A stretch of 64,000 nt of DNA from Octopus vulgaris (Eukaryota). Location: the NCBI GenBank assembly GCA_951406725.2, contig OX597816.1, positions 39,618,001 to 39,682,000 of the forward strand, written 5' to 3'. The position numbers were made by a program, and so were the translations under genes. Shown here piece by piece: positions 28,468-40,110 of this stretch. Within the stretch, counting starts at the first letter, position 1. The number at the start of each line of letters is the position of its first letter. Under the pieces are notes generated by a model. It was not told the origin of the DNA. It searched no databases and worked only from the letters and a program-made list of their open reading frames with translations.

Positions 28468-29158
28468 TTCAAATTTTGGTATAAGGCCGACAATCTGGTG
28501 GGAGAAGGAATTCGATTGTTTAAAAATTGTGGTTCACTTTCGTTTTGGGTCACTTTTTTTCTTTGTACTCTCTTCACCGATAGTCTAGACATTCTTCCCC
28601 GTTACCATCACCTTCCTCTTGTCATAGGGCTATGGAGTATTATTGTTTCTGGTTAGTGTTACGAGGTTTGGAATTTGCCCTTGTTGCTATTGCTTTAGAT
28701 GCATGTCCTCCCTCACTTCCCTCACGGTCTCCTAGTTGGTTTCAGGTTTTGAGAGCAAAGTGTTCACCTCCATTGGTAGTGTTTTTGGGTGCAATAGATT
28801 ATTCTGGACCTTGTGGATATTTCGTTGCTGTTCTCTATCTTTTAGTTTCGCCATTCCTTTGAACAGGCACCACTCAAATATTTTTTTGTGACCACACTTG
28901 TAGCAACTAGACTTCTTCTATCAGTCTATGCACTATCACTTTCGTACCCGCATACGCCATCGAAAGAAGCCCTGTGGAGGTCTTGTCGTATTCGGAGTTC
29001 ATGAGCACATGAAAGTCCTTTGAGGGCACACCCTACCATACCACTCACTACTTACTCATGATAAGTTACGAAGGAGACGACGAACAAAGAAATAATGCCG
29101 TTCTCAACATCCTTGGCCATGCACCTCATCTTTCGTCGCCCCAGATACGGGAACAAGT

Positions 29159-30348
29159 ATACGTGCTCTGATCAATAAGTATCCGGACTGTTGCTATAGT
29201 AACGAAGCTAGAGCATGGAGAGTGAAGTCGCTTGACACAGATTGACCTCCAATTCTGCTGTGCATGCGCACTAAGTTATAACGCTCTAGCATAGTTCCGC
29301 TGTTTACAGCAGTGCTTGGAAGGAAGGTGTGTAGCTTGTGATCGTCATATTGACCGTGACAGAGAAAGTTATCATGCAACTGAAATCCGAGTGTCCTTTT
29401 GGTCAGCTGAAAGCAGTTTTGCAACAAAGTTGGCAGACGCGCGTCTTATACTCAAATCTTCAGCGATAATGGACTAAACTGAAAGTAACTAATCTGCACA
29501 TCTTCTGATAACTCACAGATGGTGATTCGACGATTTCCTGTCACAGCTGCAGGCACATCTGCGATGTTTTTCTCAGTTCTGCTGGTTGCAGGTCTCCCAG
29601 AGCACTTGTCAATATCGACATTTTTTTCTGCCATCTTGGAAACGTCTGAACCACTCGCACACTTGTCTGCAGCTCATACACTCCTCTCCATACACTTTCT
29701 ACAACTTTGCGCAGGTCTCTGAGCAGGTATCGTCATGACAACTTTCTCTGTCATGGTCAATACGACGATCATACGCTACACACTTTCCTTCGAAGCACTG
29801 ATGTAAACAACAGAAATAAGTTAGAACGTCGAAACTTAGTGTGCATGTACAGCAAAGTTGAAGGTCAATCTGTGCCAAGTGGATTCACTCTGCGTGCTTT
29901 AGTTTCGTTACTATGGCAACTGTGGAGGCGCAATGGCCCAGTGGTTAGGGCAGCGAACTCGTGGTCATAGGATCGCGGTTTCGATTCCCAGACCGGGCGT
30001 TGTGAGTGTTTATTGAGCGAAAACACCTAAAAGCTCCACGAGGCTCCGGCAGGGGATGGTGGTGATCCCTGCTGTACTCTTTCACCACAACTTTCTCTCA
30101 CTCTTACTTCCTGTTTCTGTTGTACCTGTATTTCAAAGGGCCGGCCTTGTCACTCTCTGTGTCATGCTGAATATCCCCGAGAACTACGTTAAGGGTACAC
30201 GTGTCTGTGGAGTGCTCAGCCACTTACACGTTAATTTCACGAGCAGGCTGTTCCGTTGATTCGGATCAACCGGAACCCTCGTCGTCGTAACCGACGGAGT
30301 GCTTCCACTATGGCAACAGTGTGGATACTTATCGATCAGACCTCGTAT
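29159..30348. mobile_element. Second copy of the same mariner-derived element, interrupted by a SINE at 29922-30306
   Basis: Termini TACG.G.TCTGATC.ATAAGTATCC and GGATACTTATCGATCAGACCTCGTA. Transposase peptide SGRPATSRTEKNIADV..NRRITICELSE. The SINE is flanked by TSD ACTATGGCAAC. Confidence 0.8.
29922..30306 (+). mobile_element. Third tRNA-derived SINE family (GGAGGCGCAATGGCCCAGTGGTTAGG head). Related copies at 16388-16691(+), 22070-22381(-), 43435-43737(-), 45934-46267(+), 48984-49341(+)
   Basis: A box TGGCCCAGTGG, B box GGTTTCGATTCC. Near-identical copies at 29922 and 45934. TSDs present. Confidence 0.85.
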
Positions 30349-32105
30349 AGCTTGTTGTGTATCGCACTTGTTCTGCTTGCTTACTTACTGTGTCTTCATT
30401 TCTGAAATAGAGTTAAAGGTCAATCTGTGCAAAGCGGATTCACTCTGCGTGCTTTACTTTCGTTACTATGGCAACAGTCTAGATACCTATTGATCAGACC
30501 ACGTATATCCTGTTGTATATCGCACCTGTTCTGCTTGTTTACTTGCTGTGACTTCGTTTCTGAAATAGAAGCCGATACGGCTTGCCTCGATTTACTTCAC
30601 CCCTTGCACATGTTGTTTGATTGATATAAAGAAATCACTCGCTATATATAAAGAAATCACTCGCTTTTCTAGCAAATAGATATTAGTAATTTCTAGTCAT
30701 TTGTTTCCTTTCTTGCTCTTTAGTATCGTGATCAGAATGAATTGCATGTTGCTTGGCTACGAAAATTTACCACACTGATCAAAATTGTACAGAAGCATCA
30801 ATAATGAATGTCTGAGTGTTGCCGGTGACGCTTACAAATAAAGACACTAAAAAAATTCTTGACTTGATAACACCTTCAGACGTCGAAATTCGTGGGCATA
30901 TGCTAGGCGCATGGCTCAGTGGTTAGAGCGTCGAGCTTACGATCGTGAGGTTGTGAGCTCGAATCCCGGACCGAGCTGCGTGTTGTGTTCTCGAGCAAGG
31001 CACTTTATTTCACGTTGCTCCAGTTCACTCAGCTGTAGAAATGAGTTGCGACGTCACTGGTGCCAAGCTGTATCGACCTTTGTCTTTCCTTTGGATAACA
31101 CTGGTGACGTGGAGAGGGGAGGCCGGTATGCATGGGCGACTGCTGGCCTTCCATAAACAACCTTGCCCGGACTTGTGTCTAGGAGGGTAACTTTCTAGGT
31201 GCAATCCCATGGTCATTCATGACCGAAGGGGGTCTTTACCCTTTATGGTAATAAAGACACTACTTTTTCATTTCATTTTGTGAATATTTTCCTTTTTGAG
31301 ACAAAGAAACAACCTTTTTTTTTTTCAATTATTTCTTTGCGAATAACTGTTTTTCTTCAGTATCTTTTTGTGTTTTCGTGTATTGGGGCGTTTATTTTTG
31401 TCGTCGTCGTTATTGTTGTTGACCAATTATTTACAAATGTCCAAAGAAAAATAAGTGAAGAACAAAAGAAGAGTGACATTTTTTATCAGGTTTGATAAAG
31501 GAGATGAGTTAGAAACTCGTACGAGACTATTTCCGTATTTGTATTCTTAAAAAGAAAGAAAGAAAATGTTAACAACAACACTGATAATAATCTCTTCTAA
31601 TATAGGCTCAAGGACAAAAATTTTGGGACGAGGGACTAAGTTGAGCACTGGAGTCGATCTAATTGACATACCACTCCACGCCCCGAAATTGCTGGCCTTG
31701 TACCAAAATTTGAAACCAGTGTTAGTACATTCTTACTTACCTATATTTTGCGTCACGCTAAGGGAAGTAACTCAAGGGAAAAAATAGAGAAAACTAAAGG
31801 ACAATGAAAAAGGAAGAAGTAATCAGAGAGAAAAAAAAAGGGAAAATAGAAAGGCGGTGGCAGCAGTGGTGATAGCGTTCATTTGTTGTTTGTGACGGCT
31901 GTTTGACGTTGGTAATCATTGTAGTGTTGGTGGCGGCGATGACAATTACTTTGCACTAAAGCGCATGCGTTAAATCATAAATCATTTCACGAAAATATGC
32001 AGTTCGCTACCAGCAACTCACTACTTACAAAAACCACCACCATCACTATTAATTAATACTCTTTCAACATCGTAATCACTACAAACTGTTACAATTATCG
32101 ATCTA

Positions 32106-32484
32106 CTAGCAGTATAGCCCGGCATTGCTCGGGTTTGTTAGAACTGGAATTTTTTGAAAAGTAAATATTTTGCATTATGTAGCTTATTATTCTCTGTAAG
32201 TGAACATTTTTCTGGTTGAAATACACCGAAAAATGGCGACACAGCAGTAAAAAAATCGTAAAAAATAGGGATTTTCATAGAAAAAAAAGCACCTTTTTGA
32301 TGTAAATAATTTTTGGTCTTAACATGGTCCGATTTGATTTTTTTCTTCTACGGAATGAAGAGCAAGCCTTCTTCTATCATACTCTCAGGGTCTCGGAGGA
32401 GATAGTGTTAGTTGAGGCTACCAAGCCTGCCACACACACACACACACACACACAGACAGACAACTTCAGCTTTGTATATAAAGA
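32106..32484 (-). mobile_element. Non-autonomous Helitron
   Basis: Minus strand reads A|TCTTTATATA ... ACCCGAGCAATGCCGGGCTATACTGCTAG|T. Termini resemble 6773-7167 but the interior differs. Confidence 0.85.
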
Positions 32485-32546
32485 TGTATGTATGTATGTA
32501 TGTATGTATGTATGTATGTATGTATGTATGTATGTATGTATGTATG

Positions 32547-33051
32547 TCTCCTCTATTTTTTTTAATTATTATAATTCTTCCACTGAGGAGAGAGCTGGCT
32601 TCCAACAAAGAGACAAGGCTCCACCTTTGGGATGTAGTTAACACAGACAAATTCACATTTGGAACTTGAGAAAAGTCTTTCATATTTTTACTGTTCCACT
32701 CACAGATTGCACTTGTAATGTACGAATTAGCCGGTCGAATTCTCTTTCTGAAAATCCCAGTTTATCCAGTTTATCATTTAAGCATTTACTAACAAAACCT
32801 AGTCCTCCAATTATTATTGGTATGAATATGAATTCATAGTCTGGATATAGAAGCTGGAGGTTTCGAAGAAGTTGTCCTTAGATATCCTCTTTTTCTTTGA
32901 TTTTCAAAGAGATATTTATATATGCAGCGCAGCTGACCTTTATGACGGTACATACCTTTGTCCCTCTGTCCCAAATAACAATATCCGGCCTGTTATCTTT
33001 ACATTTGACAGAAGTTTTGATAGGAATATTCCACCAATATTCCTTTAGTTG
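32547..33051 (-). mobile_element. 5'-truncated R4/Dong-like non-LTR retrotransposon (restriction-like endonuclease domain) inside (TACA)n
   Basis: EYWWNIPIKTSVKCKDNRPDIVIWD..VSC..KEKEDI*GQLLRNLQLLYPDYEFIFIPIIIGGLG..SGTVKI*KTFLKFQM*. (TATG)n on both flanks. Confidence 0.8.
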
Positions 33052-33098
33052 GTATGTATGTATGTATGTATGTATGTATGTATGTATGTATGTATGTA

Positions 33099-33133
<35 letters not shown>

Positions 33134-33571
33134 TTAGTTTGGTGACAAGGGTGCATGTGACTAAAGCCCGGTAATGTTTTATATTCGGGTTTAATAAGAG
33201 TCAGGATAAAGAACATCAAGAGATACGAAGACAAGTTAAAGTTGACTGCCACATTTATTTTGCCGCTAAAAGAAAATACAGCAACTAATGTACATGAATA
33301 ATTCTGTCAAATGAAATACATAGGTTTTTCGTGCTTCTTAAAGATGAAGATGTACGCGGGAAAAACACAAAACGTGGCGACAAGGAATTCTGCTTACAAA
33401 TCTCTCCCCACTGAAGCTACAAAGCGGAATAAAACAGCTTTCATGCCGAAGATCCGAGCTTGCTCGTAGGGACACACCGCACTGAGGAATTAGCTGATGT
33501 TAGCGCGCTTGGCTAGTCTATCACACATATGTGTGTGTTTGTGTGAGTGTATGATTATATATCTGCATAGC

Positions 33572-34171
33572 AAGGCGGCGAGCTGGCAGAAACGTTAGCA
33601 CGCCGGGCGAAATGATTGGCGGTATTTCGTCTGCCGTTACGTTCTCAGTTCAAATTCCGCCGAGGTCGACTTTGCCTTTCATCCTTTCGGGGTCGATAAA
33701 TTAAGTACCAGTTACGCACTGGGGTCATTGTAATCGACTTAATACCTATGTCTGTCCTTGTTTGTCCCTTCTGTGTTCAAACCCTTGTGGGTAATAAAGA
33801 AATAGTTATTTCGTCTGCCGTTCCGTTCTGAGTTCAAATTCCGCCGAGGTCGACTTTCCCTTTCATCCTTTCGGGGTCGATTAAATAAGTACCAGTTGCG
33901 CACTGGGATCGATATAATCGACTTAATCCGTTTGTCTGTCCTTGTTTGTCCCCTCTATGTTTAGCCCCTTGTGGGTAATAAAGAAATAGGTATTTCGTCT
34001 GCCGTTCCGTTCTGAGTTCAAATTCCGCCGAGGTCGACTTTGCCTTTCATCCTTTCGGGGTCGATTAAATAAGTACCAGTTGCGCACTGGGATCGATATA
34101 ATCGACTTAATCCGTTTGTCTGTCCTTGTTTGTCCCTTCCGTGTTTAGCCCCTTGTGGGTAGTAAAGAAAT
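33572..34171 (+). mobile_element. tRNA-head / Nin(Deu)-domain SINE family, trimeric copy (184-bp unit). Other copies at about 7885-8291(-), 13390-13805(+), 18333-18744(-), 19884-20110(-), 25860-26086(-), 40709-41020(+), 47215-47445(+), 50120-50515(-), 57575-57873(+), 58330-58907(-), 59209-59436(+), plus many older fragments
   Basis: Pol III A/B boxes (TGGCAGAAACG, GAGTTCAAATT) and a conserved GCCTTTCATCCTTTCGGGGTCGATAAA.TAAGTACC core. Family naming is from recall. Confidence 0.85.
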
Positions 34172-35494
34172 ATGTATAGCATTCTTTATTTATATAGCGT
34201 CCTTTGGCCATTAGCACTTCTCTCTGTTAAACTCCCCTCTTTCTTTTATTCCTGCCACTTGGTTCAGTCTACCTCCTCTTCTTTCAACTGAAAGCTTTTT
34301 TTTTAAAAGAGTATCACAAATGTACGTGGGTAGAAGCATATTAGTATTATAGAAAAACATTCTAAGCATGTAGACATATATTCAAACAATAAATAACTAT
34401 ACGTACTGCAATTGTGAAGTATCAAGTGTCAAAATGTACATACATGCACATCTATAAAAGCAATTAGGATAAACACAAGTTTCTATTATTTGTTCCTGCT
34501 TATTCACTATTGTGGTCGTTTGAACTTCTGCATGGGATGCTCCTGGTGCAAACTGGATGCGCTTAACCATAACAGATCATCAGGGAGTGCTTATTGCATT
34601 ATGTTACAAAGAAATATAAATTGTAAAGAACAATACCACAATGCTGGAAGCAGACTGGATGACGATAACCTGAACTCAACAGTAGCAGTCGTACGTTTAT
34701 TTGTACACACTAGACATACACACAAGACATACATACATACATACATACATACATACATACACACACATACATACATACGTACATACATACATACATACAA
34801 ACAAACATACATACATACTTACATACATACTTACATACATACATACATACATACACATACATACATACACACATACATACATACAAACATACATACACAC
34901 ACACATACATACATACATACATACATACACACACATACATACATACATACATACATACATACATACATACATACATACACACACACACATACATACATAC
35001 ATACATACACACACACACATACATACATACATACATACATACATACATACATACTTACATACATACATACATACTTACATACATACACACACACACATAC
35101 ATACATACATCATACACACACACACATACATACATACATACACACACATACATACATACACACACACGTGTCTGTGGAGTGTTCAGCCACTTACACGTTA
35201 ATTTCACGAGCAGGCTGTTCCGTTGATCGGATCAACCGGAACCCTCGTCGTCGTAACCTACGGAGTGCTTCCATCCATAAGGAATTGTATAAAATAAATT
35301 CTTAAGATATTTTGAGTATTGTAGAAGTATGGCTCATAAATTTTAACAGCAAAATCTTATATGGACCCTAGAGGCAATATGGATCCCAGCTAAGAACCAC
35401 GGAGTTAGAGGGTTGCGTTACTAAATATCGTTTTAAATGCAGGTTATTATTATGCTTTGTTAATAAAATAAAAACACATTTGTCATTTATTAAG

Positions 35495-35654
35495 GTATAT
35501 TCCATTTCCGGTTTTGGCGATTCGGAAAATGGGTCGAAGTTCTTGTGGATGATCGACTTCCTGTAAATCGAGGGACTGGAAAACTTGTCTATTGCCGCAA
35601 CATAGAAGAACCAGATGAATTTTGGAGTCCTTTAGTAGAGAAGGCATATGCAAA
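35495..35654 (+). CDS. Calpain exon 4: (G)[52 protein letters not shown](K)
   Basis: Acceptor ttattaAG and donor GTAAGA at 35655. 160 nt, phase 1 to 2. Hallmark motifs [14 protein letters not shown] and [11 protein letters not shown]. Confidence 0.96.
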
Positions 35655-37665
35655 GTAAGAAACGTACTTTTTATTATACATGATGCGATTTTTAGGCTTA
35701 AAGAAATTATGAGACCTTCTTTTTAAAGGCTTTGACAAAAGGGGAAGGATAGCGCCGCTCATGATCATTTTCAAGGTTTCTTAGATAAGGATGGTGGTGG
35801 CGATGATAAATGGGGTGAGTTATCCTCAAATCAAAGACTTTAACGAAATGCTTGCAACATAGTGGACTCTGTTAAAGTTATCAAAGGACGAGGTGACGCT
35901 GGTGTTGCATTTGGCTATAGTTTAGTCTACCATCCAAGAACAGAATCGATCCCTCAGAGAGAGTTACAGTTTCTATCGATCAAATTTCTCTTACAAGTCT
36001 TCGGTAGACACTAGGCTGTGGTGGAAGAGACACTTACCCAATGTGTCATTTAGTGAAATCGAACATGAAACCTTATTGTCACGAAGTAAAACCACGCCTG
36101 CTAATCATTTTTAAGGCAATATTGGTTTCAAATTTTGGTAGTTTCGGGGAAGGGGCTACGTCGACCCCAGTGTTCAACTGGCCCTTATTTTATTGACTCC
36201 GAAAGGATGAAAAGCAAAGCCGATCTCGATGGAATTTGAACTCAGAACGTAAAAACGGACGAAATGCTGCTAAGCATTGTACCCGGTGCGGTAACATTTT
36301 TGCCAGCTCGCCGCCTTAATTTAAGGCAATACTAAAAAAAAAAACAAACAAAAAAAAACGAAGAAGGCGATGAGCTCTCAAAATAGGGAACATGTCGGGC
36401 GAAATGCTTAAAAGATTTCGTCCATCTTTGCGTTCTGAGTTCAAATTCCTTTGCGGTCGACTTTGTCTTTCATCTTTTCGGGTGTTGATAAAATGAGTGC
36501 CGGTTGAACACTGGATCGATGTAAGAGACATAACGCCTTCCCTGAAACTGCTAGCCCTATGTCAAAGCTCGAAACCTGTATTAAAAAAGAAGAATACTGC
36601 AAACTAAGAAATAATTATGTATAAGTCATACAATGTTAGGTTTTTCTGAAACATCTTTGCTTTATAATATTTCGACTTTTATATGACATTGATATTTTTG
36701 GTATTCCTGAAAGGAAATGGATTTCACCACATTTAAGATGCTCCAAAGTCATGTCATATGCACGACGGTATCTCTACAACTTCATCACTAGTTGAGAAAT
36801 CAAGAAAGGAAGATGTTTTTATCTTTAGATACTTTCTTCTGATGACTGACTAATTTAATCTCTCAATCTTTAAATCTCTTTAACGCGGCAAGCTGCCTGA
36901 ATCATTACCGTGCCGGGCAAAATGCTTATCGGCATTTTGTCTGTCTTTACGTTCTAATTTCAAATTCCACAAGAGTCAACTTTGCCTTTCATCCTTTCGG
37001 GGTCGCTAAAATAAGTACCAGCTGAACTCTGAGGTCAATGTAATCGACTTAGCCCCTCTCCTGAAATTGCTGGTCTTATGCCAAATTTGAAATCTTCAAA
37101 TCTTTCTTTAAAATTGCGCTTTATATTGTGCTGTATATTTGACAGAGAACAATACTGTTATGTTTAATAAAACAGTTTTGAACCAAAATTTTAGATTATT
37201 TTTCTTGGTTTGACATTCAGGATTTGAATTGCTGCAGCCAAATACAATAGATGAAATCACATCTTGTGCTGCAGTTGCGCTTTCCACATTAGGACTGATA
37301 CAAGTCTAGGCTCATTTATGGAGATTCTGGGCTGCCTAGACGTCGGGATACCTTTCTCGACATAGCTAGTGTAGTCCAAAGGAGAGCTGAGAACTATTTT
37401 TAGCTCCTGGAAAATAATCGTGTCGAACATCGGACAACTTCGGGCGGCGGGGGGCTTCAATCTAATTTCTGATAATGTTTACTCTCTAGCTTTGTCATAC
37501 AAGGCAGTGAGTCTATATATCCATAGCTGCGGATCTGTAATTTTAGATAGGCGTCCAGAGCAAGCACTGTCAACCGGAGCCCCTATTGAGTTTCATCGTA
37601 TATTGAATTAGTGATTGAGGTCACTTCCCGATAGCCACTACACACACGACACACACACAAAGATA

Positions 37666-37735
<70 letters not shown>

Positions 37736-38022
37736 GCGTGTTACATTTTGGCCAGTTATATGCCATCTACAGTAATACATTGTTTGAGATGATATCAAAA
37801 ACAGACCCACTCAATTTACCTATATTGAGTATGCTTTTGTACCTCGTACAGTATAGTGCTAATAAACTTAATTACAGGTACTTTTATTTTATTTTATTAT
37901 TTAAGTAAATTTAGTAATTGTATTATTGAGTGTGTGACCCCCACCCCGATTCGTAAAAAAGTCAGCTATCTGGAATGAACTTAGAACCAAAGGTTCTGGA
38001 AGATCGATGCTGTACATGTATA

Positions 38023-38075
<53 letters not shown>

Positions 38076-38258
38076 CAGATATACATATTTATAAATATTT
38101 ATATATAAGTTTCCAAACTATGCAGAGATAATTAAAAATATATCTCGTACACAAATAGTAACGTATCCTTTATTTTCTATGGTTTTTCCACAGAATTTAA
38201 TCATAACGAGCAATAATAAATCTTAGAGCGAGTTATAAACAGTAGCTGCAACACATCG

Positions 38259-38668
38259 TGACGTATATTTGCCATTTAAATATGGCTAACCCCTAAGGGT
38301 GGATGCTACTGTAGTTTGTAGCCCCAGGAGGACACCTCTTCCAGCTGGCTATAGACACACTTTCTGTGCCCAATCAGTATTTGCAAAGGGAAGCCATCCT
38401 TCCCGTCTCCAACTTATGATACACACGGACTCGAGTTTCTGGATATTGACCCATCATCGGCGTGTGACAATCACAGTTGTCGATGAAAAGTAGGTTCCCT
38501 TCACAAATCATAAGTTGGAGACGGGAAGGATGGCTTCCCTTTGCAAATACTGATAGGGCACAGAAAGTGTGTCTATAGCCAGCTGGAGGAGGTGTCCTCC
38601 TGGGGCTACAAACTATAGTAGCATCCATCCTTAGGGGTTAGCCATATTTAAATGGCAAATATACGTCA
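38259..38668. mobile_element. Long hairpin element (arms of about 162 bp with few mismatches) with a hammerhead motif in the loop
   Basis: Arm 38259-38420 is the reverse complement of 38508-38668; the mirrored ORFs 38299+ and 38374- reflect this. Confidence 0.85.
38422..38466 (-). ncRNA. Minimal type I hammerhead ribozyme motif (U4C core variant)
   Basis: Minus strand reads CACACG-CCGATGA-TGGGT(caat)ATCCA-GAAA-CTCGAG-TC-CGTGTG: 6-bp stem I, 5-bp stem II, palindromic stem III, GUC cleavage triplet. Confidence 0.75.
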
Positions 38669-38751
38669 TAATCATAACAATTATATCCAAAATCGTCAGT
38701 TAGAAACTAACCCTATTTTCTTTCATATTTGATTGCATCAATTTACTCTAG

Positions 38752-38929
38752 ATTGAATGGATGCTACCAGAACCTTACAGGCGGTTTAGTGCACAACGCT
38801 TTAGCAGATATGACAGGGGGTTTGTCTGAGAAAATAATTTTGAAGAAGGAAAAAAGAACTCCAAAAGAGCTTTTTGAAATAATTAATAAAATGTGGAAAA
38901 TGGACACGATGATTGGAGTGCTGGTCCAC
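38752..38929 (+). CDS. Calpain exon 5: LNGCYQNLTGGLVHNALADMTGGLSEKIILKKEKRTPKELFEIINKMWKMDTMIGVLVH
   Basis: Acceptor ttactctAG and donor GTAAGT at 38930. 178 nt, phase 2 to 0. G.Y..L.GG....AL.D.TGG..E motif. Confidence 0.95.
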
Positions 38930-38948
38930 GTAAGTAAAAACTATATTA

Positions 38949-39740
38949 CACTACCGTGCAAAAGTCTTAGACCACTTTAAATTATTGTAAATTTGTATTA
39001 ACTGCCAACTTATAAGTGAATGTTCCGCATTGCGTTTTTTACAGATGAAACATTGAGTTATTTCCAAACCTAATCTTTTGAAGTAGGGGTTTTGAATGAG
39101 AGGGAAAGATGCGAAACGATCACCAAAAAACGGCCGTGCAAAAGTTTTCGGCTTCCTCATAAACCAATCAAGAAACAGTGTTTTAAAACAGAAAAAAATG
39201 TCTATAATGAAAATTCATTACAAGAAGTTTATGTACATTGTTAATATTACGTGTGGCTTCCATTAGCTTGAATAATTGCTTCAGTGTGCCTGGCAAGAAA
39301 TACCTACAAATCCTTCGCCGTCTTCACAGGTATGAAATGCCATTCTCTGTGGCTGAGCTCCTACAATTCTTCAAGATTGTGTGGATTCTTCTGACGAACT
39401 CCTCTCTTTGGTTCTGTCTCCATTCGCTCGATGATATTTAAGTCAGGGCTTTGAGCTGGCTATTCTTTCCATTCGGTAACACCTTCATCAACCAGACTCT
39501 GTTGTGTTGCACGCGATCTGTAGTATGGAGCTCCATCATGCTGAAAAGTCTCACTTTCATCTAAGATTGGTATGAAATTGTCCTTCAGCAACTGGATGTA
39601 TTTGACATTATTCAATTTACCGTCAATTTTAACCAACTTTCTTGAACCATCATTTTTTATGTATCCTTAAAGCATTAGACTCTTACCCCCGAACATTACT
39701 ATAATCGTCGTGTAACGTGGATCGTTTCGCTTTGTAACCA
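38949..39740 (-). mobile_element. Tc1-like transposon, 3' half (pseudogenised transposase plus right TIR)
   Basis: Minus strand FQHDGAPYYRSRATQQSLVDEGVTEWKE*PAQSPDLNIIE. TIR TA|CACTACCGTGCAAAAGT, with an inner direct repeat CCGTGCAAAAGT at about 39133. Confidence 0.85.
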
Positions 39741-40056
39741 GCGAGAATTTGTCAGAAGGCCTACAGGAGGGGCGATGGATACTTTCCTCCAGAAGGGACA
39801 ATGCGTACCCTGTGCGCAAATAATTTGTTTTCGTAAATTATAGTGTGGTTTACAATGCGTTGCTTGCCCATGCTTTTTAACTGAACTGAATTAAGCTTTG
39901 TAAGTGTGTGTTTGACTAAACTTGCTTATCGGGAAATTTCTAAGTTCGATTTAAAAAGAAAAACAAATTTAAGTATCACCGTTATGAGTATTTATACTTC
40001 GGTGAAATTAAGAAATCAACTCGTAAATACACAAAACCCTCGAATCCATCACTGTA

Positions 40057-40110
<54 letters not shown>

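Noticed and set aside
29922-29996. tRNA genes (here and at similar heads)
   Set aside because: They are tRNA-like SINE heads that continue into SINE bodies with TSDs; there is no proper acceptor stem or terminator.
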